Below, piece after piece: positions 26,803 to 35,230 of a stretch of DNA of 64,000 bases. The notes under the pieces were generated by a model that did no database searches, was not told where the DNA came from, and worked only from the letters and a program-made list of their open reading frames with translations. The translations under genes and the position numbers were made by a program. Within the stretch, counting starts at the first letter, position 1. Every line of letters begins with the position of its first letter. The stretch is from assembly GCA_031553535.1 (NCBI GenBank), contig JAVBLM010000005.1, forward strand, positions 4,113 to 68,112, written 5' to 3'. This DNA is from Bacteroidales bacterium (GTDB lineage Bacteria; Bacteroidota; Bacteroidia; Bacteroidales; WCHB1-69).

Positions 26803-27162
26803 TTACAATTTTTCGTACAATCCGACTTTGTTTCCTTCCGTGTCAATGAATAAGGCAAAATATCCCTTTCCTTCGACTTCAATTTTGGTTTTTGGGAAAA
26901 CTATTTTTCCACCATTTGCTTCGATACGTACCGCTGTTTGTTCGATGCTGTCAGGAACATTCAAATTGACAATTACACCACTTCCGGAAGACTTGTGATC
27001 GGGGTTATAAAAAATAGAACCTTCTCCCGTAGGGAAACACGCCATTTTTTCGGTTCCGCAATCAAATTCTTCCATTGTAAGATTGAAAACGTTGCTGTAG
27101 AAGTTTACCGCACGCTTAAAATCAGCTGTCGGGATATCTACCCATTCGATTAATTTTTCCAT
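26803..27162 (-). CDS. VOC/glyoxalase-fold protein
   Basis: 119 aa with a beta-alpha-beta-beta-beta module pattern (WVDIPTADFKRAVNFY...GYFALFIDTEGNKVGLY). Confidence 0.75.
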   Translation of the reverse strand: MEKLIEWVDIPTADFKRAVNFYSNVFNLTMEEFDCGTEKMACFPTGEGSIFYNPDHKSSGSGVIVNLNVPDSIEQTAVRIEANGGKIVFPKTKIEVEGKGYFALFIDTEGNKVGLYEKL

Positions 27163-27197
27163 TTTTCTGTATTTAAATTAGACATTGAATTTCGGGA

Positions 27198-27205
27198 CAA
27201 AATTA
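27198..27205 (-). promoter_or_regulatory. Bacteroidetes-type -7 promoter box (TAnnTTTG)
   Basis: TAATTTTG on the minus strand, 35 nt upstream of the ATG at 27162. Confidence 0.4.
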
Positions 27206-27348
27206 CCACCAATGTCGGTTTAAAAATTGGAAATTTGAGACATTCACGACTTGTCATTTTTTATTGCCAAATGGGGGGAGTGGTACCTGGCATCGATTTA
27301 CTTCCCCCTTGTATATTGTCCCGCTAACCTCACCAATCTATTCAACTA

Positions 27349-27840
27349 TCACAATGTCTCGTTGGAAACGGTACCTTCAAAAGAAAACTCTACGGATTTA
27401 TTTTCTTTAGTAGTTATGCCGTGGCCTGTTAGTTGGTAGCGGTCATCGCCCAGGCTTTTAACATCAACATAAGCATTTTCCAGGCATTTTTGACTATTTA
27501 TAGTGCTACCTGTCTGTACCTCTACGGTAAGCAGCCACGAGTTTTGCTCATGCGTATATGTTCCGGAGGGGTCGCTGTTCTTCCTGCAAATTTCGGCCAC
27601 AACGAACACATCTTCTTTGGTCTCCAGATGGAACCAGGTCTTATATGGCCCACAGTCATCCCAAGTCGATCCATTCATCTTCACCAGGTACGCATTGGTA
27701 ATCTTGTACTCACTCCCGTTATATGTGATCGTGCCCTTTATGTCCCCCTTATTGGCCTTACCACAAGAGATAAAAACGGTTAATACAAGTAAGACAATTG
27801 CCATCAGGCTACATACTGATTTCTTCTTATTCTGTATCAT
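27349..27840 (-). CDS. hypothetical lipoprotein (paralog A)
   Basis: 163 aa with lipobox VFIS-C-GK. Shares blocks with the next gene (KGTITYNGSEYKIT / SGTYT / VEFSFEGTVS). Confidence 0.55.
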   Translation of the reverse strand: MIQNKKKSVCSLMAIVLLVLTVFISCGKANKGDIKGTITYNGSEYKITNAYLVKMNGSTWDDCGPYKTWFHLETKEDVFVVAEICRKNSDPSGTYTHEQNSWLLTVEVQTGSTINSQKCLENAYVDVKSLGDDRYQLTGHGITTKENKSVEFSFEGTVSNETL

Positions 27841-27961
27841 AACTTTAACTATTTATTATTATATGAATTATTCTATATAATTATATGGTATTTTAATTAA
27901 TACTAACCCAAAACCCTGTTATAGTTCCGGATATTCGGCTACCTACATTTAATATGGTTCT

Positions 27962-28501
27962 TTATTTCTGAATAGTTACCTCTCCGGTATAAGAGAATTC
28001 CACTTTCCCATCAATACTGGCATCAAAAAAGCCTTCTATAGTGTATTTCCCATCGGAATAACTCACTTTTACCTGTTCGTTCCCATCGCCAATACCCGTG
28101 AAATTGAAAGGCGTACCTCCAATATTACATTGCGTACGACTATTTGAAATTGTGCCGGCTTTGGTTGAGCCGGTACTTTTTGTATAGGTTCCACCGGCAC
28201 TTTGTAATGAAGAAGCATCGGAGTAGAAAGCAAACTGTAACCCGACATACTTCTCATCGCTATTGGATGAATTTTCCAGCAATACCGTAAATCCGGTTCC
28301 TTCAAATCCAGGAACGGATAATACATCTCCCCGTGCAGTAGCTTGCGTCAAATCATGTGTTTTACCCTGGTATTTTACCCAACCCTTAGCGGCTTCTTCT
28401 TCTTTTTTACAGCTTGAAAACATGATACCTGTTACGGTAAGGCAGATTGTTGCCATAACTACGTTCTTAAAAATTAATCTAATACATTTCATTTTTTTCA
28501 T
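27962..28501 (-). CDS. hypothetical lipoprotein (paralog B)
   Basis: 179 aa with lipobox MFSS-C-KK. Shared blocks are KGWVKYQGKTHDLT / GGTYT / VEFSYTGEVT. Confidence 0.55.
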   Translation of the reverse strand: MKKMKCIRLIFKNVVMATICLTVTGIMFSSCKKEEEAAKGWVKYQGKTHDLTQATARGDVLSVPGFEGTGFTVLLENSSNSDEKYVGLQFAFYSDASSLQSAGGTYTKSTGSTKAGTISNSRTQCNIGGTPFNFTGIGDGNEQVKVSYSDGKYTIEGFFDASIDGKVEFSYTGEVTIQK

Positions 28502-28586
28502 TATTTACTTGGTTATTATTTTAATACTATCTCTATTTTCATTTGTTTAATCCTATTGTTTATATCTGTCTATATGTATATTCTCT

Positions 28587-28673
28587 ATCTACCTATGCGT
28601 AGATTATAAATCTACTTATGTGTAGATTCTGTATCTACCTACGTGTAGATTCTCTATCTACTTATACGTAGAT
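28587..28673. repeat. four phased palindromes ATCTAC-N6-GTAGAT, 23-nt period
   Basis: Copies at 28587-28604, 28610-27, 28633-50 and 28656-73. They lie between the DUF4469 gene stop and the lipoprotein B start. Confidence 0.9.
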
Positions 28674-28737
28674 TCTTTGCCTGCCCATGAGGGGATTTTC
28701 TCTTTCTACCTGCATAAATCCTTCTTTTGACCATTAT

Positions 28738-29442
28738 TTATCTTACACTTAGACTTTTCGGATAGACAAACACCTTGGGTGTCTTTAACAGTTTCACTCC
28801 ATTGGCAAATTGCGTTGCTATCTTTATACGATATTCTCCCGCAGCAAGATAGGGGATCACCACAATAACTCTGGACGGTTTGTTCTCTATTACTATTTCT
28901 GCTTTGGTTTCAGTACCATCTTCCGAAATAAACCATAATCCGCAGGCAGGGTCTTCCCCTTCTATTTTCAAATTATGCCCATATATTTGGGCAACGCCTC
29001 CCGGGGTGAGTATCTCGTTCACCAAATGCGATACACTGTCCTTTACTTCCTGTATTTGGGGTAGGGGGGAACTGGTACTCATCTTTTCAAACTTTATATT
29101 TTTCTGTGTATCACGAAGTAAAGTGCCTTTGGATACATTGATATGCAGCTTATGGCGATTCCTGTCAAAAGTATCCATTGGTCCTTCAAACACACCGGAA
29201 ATAGAGAATGAGGTATTGAACAAAGGTGTAGTAACAGTGCTTCCTTCTGTCAATACTTCTATAATTGTTTCTTCATAACTGTTTATTGCTGCGATAATAT
29301 CGGTGCGGGTAAGCAGTGTTCCCTTGTTAATCATACGGGTGATAATCGCTTCCTTATCCATACGGCTACTTACATAGATTTGTGCGTAATAATCATCGGG
29401 ACGCTCTGTTAATCGATTTTCTATCAGTGAGTACTTTAACAT
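28738..29442 (-). CDS. HU-like DNA-binding domain fused to DUF4469 (Ig-like) domain
   Basis: 234 aa. N-terminus MLKYSLIENRLTERPDDYYAQ... and PLFNTSFSISGVFEGP are hallmarks of this Bacteroidetes family (from memory). Confidence 0.7.
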   Translation of the reverse strand: MLKYSLIENRLTERPDDYYAQIYVSSRMDKEAIITRMINKGTLLTRTDIIAAINSYEETIIEVLTEGSTVTTPLFNTSFSISGVFEGPMDTFDRNRHKLHINVSKGTLLRDTQKNIKFEKMSTSSPLPQIQEVKDSVSHLVNEILTPGGVAQIYGHNLKIEGEDPACGLWFISEDGTETKAEIVIENKPSRVIVVIPYLAAGEYRIKIATQFANGVKLLKTPKVFVYPKSLSVR

Positions 29443-29547
29443 GATAATTCAAATTTAAGTTAGTGTTTTTAGTTGATAATTTATATTGTAGTTTTATCTT
29501 TTAATTCATTTTTATCCTATTATTTGATAAATCTCTTAAAGGATTTG

Positions 29548-29555
29548 CAAATATA
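29548..29555 (-). promoter_or_regulatory. Bacteroidetes-type -7 promoter box (TAnnTTTG)
   Basis: TATATTTGCAAA on the minus strand, 105 nt upstream of the ATG at 29442. Confidence 0.4.
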
Positions 29556-29694
29556 CGGTTTTTTATTGAACTAATAACAGTTAAAATTATTTTTTATAAT
29601 AACAGGAATGCTTTATCTTTACGTTTAAAATGTAATATAATTCAGATACTTCACTATTTTCTTTCAATTTTAGTGGAGTTATTCCAAAATTATA

Positions 29695-29702
29695 TACCTT
29701 TG
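29695..29702 (+). promoter_or_regulatory. Bacteroidetes-type -7 promoter box (TAnnTTTG)
   Basis: TACCTTTG, 13 nt upstream of the ATG at 29716, implying a near-leaderless mRNA. Confidence 0.4.
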
Positions 29703-29715
29703 GAAAAAAACAGAT

Positions 29716-30132
29716 ATGAAACAAATTTACATTATTATTACAGGCTTGTTGGCATTTACCTGTATACCATCGGTTATTAATGCTCAGACCAATACGAATT
29801 CTACCTCAAGCGAAGAAGAAGTATATACGATAGTAGAAGTAGCTCCGGAGTTTCCCGGAGGGGAAGAAGCACGTATGAAGTTTCTGCGTGACAATATTGT
29901 GTACCCTATAGAAGCTCGTAAAAAAGGAATAAAGGGAAGAGTTGTTCTGAGCTTTATAGTGGAGAAGAATGGCTCAATTACAAATATAGAAGTATTAAAA
30001 TCCGCACACAAGCTATTGGATGAGGAAGCTATACGTGTCACAAAGTTAATGCCTGCATGGAAGCCTGCTATGCAAAAAGACAAGCCTGTAAGTATAAAAT
30101 ATAGCATGCCTATTACATTTAATATATATTAA
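29716..30132 (+). CDS. periplasmic TonB-C-terminal-domain protein
   Basis: 138 aa. A signal peptide is followed directly by a TonB_C domain (VAPEFPGGEEARMKFLRDNIVYP...GRVVLSFIV...W.PA...PV). No TM anchor or Pro-rich spacer. Confidence 0.8.
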   Translation: MKQIYIIITGLLAFTCIPSVINAQTNTNSTSSEEEVYTIVEVAPEFPGGEEARMKFLRDNIVYPIEARKKGIKGRVVLSFIVEKNGSITNIEVLKSAHKLLDEEAIRVTKLMPAWKPAMQKDKPVSIKYSMPITFNIY

Positions 30133-30405
30133 GCAGGTTTCTATTTTGATTTTCCGATGGATTCCTTAATCCTCTTCCAGTTTGTTTTACGATAACAATA
30201 CGTATCGAAAGCAGATTCTTTTACTTGCGTGATGTTATTTGTATATGAAGATGTCAAAATTTGATATAAGAGATTAACTCCGTTGAGCTCGCAAGCTCGG
30301 TTATCCCGCTAATGCTTCTTACTTCGTGGCTTAGGTGCTTCATGCCAATTATAGGGATTATATCACTGCGTTTCGATGCTTTCGCTATACTTTGTGGCTC
30401 AGGTG

Positions 30406-30464
30406 CTTCGTGCCTCGCAATGACGTTATTTCGTTTGTTTAGAGCGTCATTGCGAGGTACGAAG
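30406..30464. repeat. REP-like long hairpin (CGTCATTGCGAGG...ACGAAG family)
   Basis: 20-nt arms CTTCGTGCCTCGCAATGACG (30406-25) and CGTCATTGCGAGGTACGAAG (30445-64) pair at 19/20 positions. A related copy lies at 51148-51215. An upstream direct repeat GTGGCTyAGGTGCTTCrTGCC occurs twice. Confidence 0.8.
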
Positions 30465-30509
30465 CAATCCCTATCCTTATTTTAGCTTGATTTTTAACAA
30501 CCGCTACAA

Positions 30510-30538
30510 TAAAAAAGCCGGATTAGTTACCTCCGGCT
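30510..30538 (-). terminator. intrinsic terminator of bcd-etfBA (minus strand)
   Basis: Stem AGCCGGA (30516-22) / TCCGGCT (30532-38). On the minus strand a run of six T follows. Confidence 0.7.
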
Positions 30539-30609
30539 GTAATTTATTCCTCCTTTCAATTCCGTAACAGAGGTTCCTTTATTGCTCTGTCTTTGTTACT
30601 CCATCCATG

Positions 30610-30617
30610 CAAAGATA
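30610..30617 (-). promoter_or_regulatory. orphan -7 promoter box between the etfA stop and the terminator
   Basis: TATCTTTGCATGG on the minus strand, about 75-95 nt upstream of the terminator at 30538-30510. Confidence 0.3.
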
Positions 30618-30670
30618 ATATGACACTTCCCTGTATCATCATTCTTAATTTTTAACTCTTAACTCTTAAT

Positions 30671-31684
30671 TTATTTGTTATGCTCCGCCAGTTCATGCGA
30701 TAGACGTTCGGTAAGCAAAGGAATGATTTTATTTACGTCCCCTACAATACCCAAATCCGCGACATTGAAGATAGGAGCATGCTTGTCTTTGTTGATGGCA
30801 ATAATAAAGTCGGATTCTTCCATCCCTGCCAAATGCTGGATCGCTCCCGAAATACCGGCAGCAATGTAAAGGTCAGGGCGTACTGTTTTTCCGGTCTGTC
30901 CCACTTGGCGATCGTGCGTGAGGACGCCTGCATCTACTACGGCTCTGGAAGCGGATACTTCCGCTTTCAATACATCGGCCAGTTTCTTTAACTGGTCGAA
31001 ACCATTTTGATTGCCGACACCTCTTCCACCGGATATTAATATTTTTGCTTCGGTAATATCGATTTTGTTCTTCTGTTCTTTCACATTCTCTATTAGGCGT
31101 ACCTTAAACTTGCTACTGTCAAATCGAACTTGGAAAGTAATTATTTCTCCTTTTCGTCCCGGTATACGATCGATCTTTTGCATCACACCCGGACGTACCG
31201 TAGACATTTGCGGACGATATTCTTCACAAGTGATAGTTGCCATCAGGTTTCCGCCAAATGCAGGGCGGGTCATAAGGAATTCCCGTTCTTCGGAGATTTC
31301 GAGCTTTGTACAGTCGGCAGTCAATCCGGTTTCCAGGCGTGCGGATAGTCTCGGCGCCAGGTCTCTTCCTATGGTCGTCGCTCCAAAAAGCATAATGGAA
31401 GGCTTGTACCTGTTGATCACTTGATCAATAGCCTGTGTATAAGGTTCTGTCATATAATCTTTTAATTCGGGGGAGTCGATACAGATCACTTCATAGGCAC
31501 CGTATTCAATCAGTAGCTGTGCCTGTGATGTGATGTTATGACCGGGGAAAACAGCCACTACTTTCTCTTGCAGTGTCTTTGCCAGTTCTGTTGCCTTTCC
31601 TAACAATTCCAGGGCAACCGGTTGAATTGTGTTTTCCCGTTGTTCAATAAATACGAATATATTTTTATATTGTGCTTTATCCAT
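30671..31684 (-). CDS. etfA: electron-transfer flavoprotein, alpha subunit
   Basis: 337 aa with the C-terminal FAD-binding block (PDLYIAAGISGAIQHLAGM). Confidence 0.9.
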   Translation of the reverse strand: MDKAQYKNIFVFIEQRENTIQPVALELLGKATELAKTLQEKVVAVFPGHNITSQAQLLIEYGAYEVICIDSPELKDYMTEPYTQAIDQVINRYKPSIMLFGATTIGRDLAPRLSARLETGLTADCTKLEISEEREFLMTRPAFGGNLMATITCEEYRPQMSTVRPGVMQKIDRIPGRKGEIITFQVRFDSSKFKVRLIENVKEQKNKIDITEAKILISGGRGVGNQNGFDQLKKLADVLKAEVSASRAVVDAGVLTHDRQVGQTGKTVRPDLYIAAGISGAIQHLAGMEESDFIIAINKDKHAPIFNVADLGIVGDVNKIIPLLTERLSHELAEHNK

Positions 31685-31703
31685 TTCAATGATTTTTGAC
31701 AGA

Positions 31704-32486
31704 TTAAATAATAAATTTCTCTTTTAGCTTGCTGATCATAATGCTTACAGCTTCTTCAGGTTCCACATCGAAGACTTCCCCGGCTCCTTTTACTCCTTTG
31801 GAGAACGCTTTCTTTACCCTGGTAGGAGAACCTTTCAATCCCAGTTTTTCCGGGTCGGCGTCAATTTTGTCAGCACCCCATATTTCCACTTCTTTATCAA
31901 AAGCATCTATAATGCCGGATACGGTCATGTACCTGGCTTTTTGGGCAGAAGCCAATACGGTAACCAGACAGGGGGCTCCCACTTCCAGGATTTGATATCC
32001 TTCTTCGGTTTCTTTTTTAATAGTGAATAACTTTTTGCCATCGTATTTCATATCTGCCAGATAAGAAATTTGCGGTAACTGGAGATGTTCCGCTATTTGT
32101 GGCCCTACCTGTGCCGTATCACCGTCAATGGCTTGTCTTCCTGTAATGATAAGATCATATTCCAATGTTTTTAAAGCGGCAGCCAGTGCATGGGAAGTTG
32201 CCAGTGTATCGGCTCCGGCAAATGCTCTGTCGCTTAGAAGAATCGCTTTGTCTACACCCATGGCATATGCTTCGCGTAAGATAGCATCGGCCTGCATCGG
32301 CCCCATGGTAATCACTGTAATGTGTGCATTGTATTTATCTTTCAATTGGAGAGCTACTTCCAGCCCCCCTTTATCATCCGGATTCATAATGCTGGGAATA
32401 CCATCCCGGATCATGGTTCCGGTAACCGGATCTATTTTAATTTCGTTCGTATCGGGAACTTGTTTTATACATACTATAACCTTCAT
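31704..32486 (-). CDS. etfB: electron-transfer flavoprotein, beta subunit
   Basis: 260 aa with N-terminus MKVIVCIKQVPDT typical of EtfB. Confidence 0.9.
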   Translation of the reverse strand: MKVIVCIKQVPDTNEIKIDPVTGTMIRDGIPSIMNPDDKGGLEVALQLKDKYNAHITVITMGPMQADAILREAYAMGVDKAILLSDRAFAGADTLATSHALAAALKTLEYDLIITGRQAIDGDTAQVGPQIAEHLQLPQISYLADMKYDGKKLFTIKKETEEGYQILEVGAPCLVTVLASAQKARYMTVSGIIDAFDKEVEIWGADKIDADPEKLGLKGSPTRVKKAFSKGVKGAGEVFDVEPEEAVSIMISKLKEKFII

Positions 32487-32498
32487 AATTTCTCCTTT

Positions 32499-33638
32499 CT
32501 ATTTAAACATTTTTCCTGCGATAACCATCCGTTGTACCTCCGAGGTACCTTCATAGATTTCAGTGATCTTGGCATCTCTCATCATCCTTTCTACCGGATA
32601 TTCGCGCGTATAGCCATATCCACCGTGAAATTGCACTGCTTTTACAGTCACTTCCATAGCCGTTTCGGCAGCAAACAATTTACATATGGCTGCATCCACA
32701 GAATAGGGTAGTCCCGCATCTTTTTTAAAGGCAGCCGAACGTACCAGTAAGCGGGAGGCTTCTATTTTTGTATACAAGTCTGCCATCTGGAACTGCGTAT
32801 TCTGGAAAGCCGCGATAGCTTTGCCAAACTGTTTTCTTTCCTTGGTATAACGGATCGTTTCATCCAAAGCCCCCTGAGCAATGCCTAAGGCTTGGGCGGC
32901 GATACCAATACGGCCGCCATCCAGTGTCTTCATGGCAATGCCAAAGCCTTTATTGACCTTTCCCAATATGTTTTCCTTCGGGATAGAGCAGTTCTCAAAT
33001 ATCAGCTCGCAGGTGGAAGATCCCCTGATTCCCAGTTTTTTCTCTTGCTTTCCGATGGTGAAGCCGGGAGTACCTTTTTCTACGATAAAGGTAGAGATGC
33101 CTTTTACTCCCAACGATTTATCGGTCATCGCGATGACAATATACACATGCGCATTGCCCGCATTGGTAATAAATATTTTCGATCCGTTTAAGATCCATTT
33201 ATCCCCTGCATCTACTGCTATTGTTTGTTGCATGGCCGCATCGGTTCCTGCATTGGGTTCCGTCAGCCCGAAAGCACCTATCCATTCCCCGGAACAAAGC
33301 TTGGGAAGGTATTTTATTTTCTGTTCCTCCGTTCCGTTTTCCAATATAGGAGCAATACACAAAGAAGTGTGTGCCGAAACAACAACGCCGGTTGTGGCAC
33401 AGGCTTTGGATATCTCTTCCACGGCCATACTGTAAAGCATATTATTACCTCCTTGTCCACCGTATTGTTTGGGCACAGGGATTCCCATAATCCCGATTTT
33501 GCCCATTTTCTCAACCGTTTCGACAGGGAATCGTTCTTCCTCATCAATTTCGGCTGCTATAGGAGCTACCTCATTCTCTGCAAAGTTTCTGATCATTTGC
33601 AGGAAAAGTTCTTCTCGATCAGTTAAATTAAAGTCCAT
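32499..33638 (-). CDS. bcd: butyryl-CoA (short-chain acyl-CoA) dehydrogenase
   Basis: 379 aa with ACAD motifs (GLTEPNAGTDA; QFHGGYGYTREYPVERMMRDAKITEIYEGTSE). Directly upstream of etfBA. Confidence 0.9.
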   Translation of the reverse strand: MDFNLTDREELFLQMIRNFAENEVAPIAAEIDEEERFPVETVEKMGKIGIMGIPVPKQYGGQGGNNMLYSMAVEEISKACATTGVVVSAHTSLCIAPILENGTEEQKIKYLPKLCSGEWIGAFGLTEPNAGTDAAMQQTIAVDAGDKWILNGSKIFITNAGNAHVYIVIAMTDKSLGVKGISTFIVEKGTPGFTIGKQEKKLGIRGSSTCELIFENCSIPKENILGKVNKGFGIAMKTLDGGRIGIAAQALGIAQGALDETIRYTKERKQFGKAIAAFQNTQFQMADLYTKIEASRLLVRSAAFKKDAGLPYSVDAAICKLFAAETAMEVTVKAVQFHGGYGYTREYPVERMMRDAKITEIYEGTSEVQRMVIAGKMFK

Positions 33639-33694
33639 CTGATTTATATGTTTTTATTTTTATTCTTTATTGGTGTGTTTTTTTAAATAAGGCA

Positions 33695-33702
33695 CAAAAT
33701 TA
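33695..33702 (-). promoter_or_regulatory. Bacteroidetes-type -7 promoter box (TAnnTTTG) for bcd-etfBA
   Basis: TAATTTTG on the minus strand, 56 nt upstream of the ATG at 33638. Confidence 0.45.
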
Positions 33703-33738
33703 AGAAAAAAATGCTATTGAATATCGCTTGATGAAAAA

Positions 33739-33746
33739 TATCTTTG
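33739..33746 (+). promoter_or_regulatory. orphan divergent -7 promoter box
   Basis: TATCTTTGCAAC on the + strand, pointing into 250 nt that contain no ORF of 60 aa or more. Confidence 0.3.
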
Positions 33747-33755
33747 CAACAAATC

Positions 33756-33784
33756 GAATAGTGAATAGTGAATAGTGAATAGTG
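33756..33784. repeat. heptamer microsatellite (GAATAGT)x4
   Basis: Four perfect tandem copies directly downstream of the orphan promoter box. Confidence 0.9.
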
Positions 33785-33997
33785 TAACAGCGCAAGGGTG
33801 AAATTGTTTGGTTGGCTATTTTTGTTGGTTTGGAATAGCTTAATGATAAAGTTCCCTTCGAGTCAGAATGGGATGGCAAAAGAAAAGGCTTTTGAGAGGG
33901 TAGTTGATTACAGTTATTTAGGATGGTGCAAAATACAATCCTTTAACTACATCGGAATAATGACTGAATAGGGGAGATTTGAGCAATAAAAAAAAGA

Positions 33998-34453
33998 CTA
34001 TTTAAAATCTATGGAACAATTAACCCATTCCTCATCGAAAGTAGTGTTGTATTTCCGGTAGAAATTCAGTGCCGGTTCATTCCATTCCAATACCTGCCAT
34101 ACCATACCATTTAGTTGTTGTTCTTTCCCTTCTTCTATAAGGCGTTCAAACAATAGTTTACCTATTCCTTTTCCTCTCAGGAGAGGCTCGACATAGAAAT
34201 CTTCCAAGTATAGCCGTTGCCCTTTCCATGTGCTATAGCGGATATAATAAAGGGCAAATCCCCGGACGATTCCGTCAACTTCAGCTACAAAAGCCCACCA
34301 TAGGGGATTCTCTCCAAATCCGCTTTTTTCGAAATGAGAAAGCGAAACGATTACTTCGTCGGGAGCTTTTTCATATAAAGCCAATTCTTTGATCAATTCC
34401 AATATACGCGGACAATCTTTCTTGCCTGCTTTTCGAATGATAATGTTCGACAT
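33998..34453 (-). CDS. GNAT N-acetyltransferase (diamine/SSAT-like)
   Basis: 151 aa with acetyl-CoA motif RGKGIGKLLFERL and an SSAT-like layout (ELALYEK...YSTWKG..LYLEDFYV). Last gene of the atoA operon, 4 nt after the SDR. Confidence 0.8.
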   Translation of the reverse strand: MSNIIIRKAGKKDCPRILELIKELALYEKAPDEVIVSLSHFEKSGFGENPLWWAFVAEVDGIVRGFALYYIRYSTWKGQRLYLEDFYVEPLLRGKGIGKLLFERLIEEGKEQQLNGMVWQVLEWNEPALNFYRKYNTTFDEEWVNCSIDFK

Positions 34454-34457
34454 ATTG

Positions 34458-35186
34458 TTATACGGTCATTCCACCATCAACGCTTAAAGTATGTCCGTTG
34501 ATATAGGATGCTTCATCCGAAGAAAGGAAAGCATATACGTTGGCAATTTCTTTTGGGTCTCCCAAACGACCAATAGGCACTTTCGCTTTCATCCCATCCA
34601 GTACATTTTCCGGCATAGCGGCAACCATTTCGGTTGCAATGAATCCCGGAGCAATAGCATTAACCGTGATTCCCTTTCGCCCCAGCTCCCGGGCCCAGGT
34701 TTTTGTCATGCCAATGATGCCGGCTTTTGTTGCCACATAATTAGTTTGTCCGAAGTTTCCATAAATACCCACTACGGAAGAAGCATTTACAATACGTCCC
34801 CATCCGTTTGCCAGCATATATTCACTAACTATTTTTGTACAGTAGAATACGCCTGTAAGGTTCACATCAATTACTTGCTGCCATTGCTCCGGAGTCATTT
34901 TTTTCAATGTGCTGTCACGTGTAATTCCGGCATTGTTAATCAATATATCAATACGGCCATATTGATCATTAGCCCTTTTGGCGGCAGCTTCCACTTCCTC
35001 ATAATTTGTTGTGTTGACCTTCATAAATGTTCCGTGCAGTTTCTCTTCCAAAACTTTTCCTTTACTTTCATCAACATCCCAAATAATAACCTTTGCTCCT
35101 TCTTCGGCAAATTTGATTGCCGTTGCAGCGCCTATTCCTGCCGATCCACCGGTGATAATAGCCACTTTATTTTCTAATCTTTTCAT
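34458..35186 (-). CDS. short-chain dehydrogenase/reductase, FabG/PhaB-like 3-oxoacyl reductase
   Basis: 242 aa with TGGSAGIGAA, NNAG and YVATKAG motifs. Confidence 0.85.
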   Translation of the reverse strand: MKRLENKVAIITGGSAGIGAATAIKFAEEGAKVIIWDVDESKGKVLEEKLHGTFMKVNTTNYEEVEAAAKRANDQYGRIDILINNAGITRDSTLKKMTPEQWQQVIDVNLTGVFYCTKIVSEYMLANGWGRIVNASSVVGIYGNFGQTNYVATKAGIIGMTKTWARELGRKGITVNAIAPGFIATEMVAAMPENVLDGMKAKVPIGRLGDPKEIANVYAFLSSDEASYINGHTLSVDGGMTV

Positions 35187-35230
35187 ATAATTATCTTTTA
35201 TCTTTATTGTTCAATAATTTGGATTAAATA

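Noticed and set aside
19091-30132. Whether the 12-kb accessory block between the two lysine loci is a prophage, an ICE or a defence island.
   Set aside because: There are no integrase, recombinase, conjugation, capsid or known defence-system genes, and no flanking tRNA or long direct repeats. Only the YoeB TA pair and repeat fragments hint at mobility.
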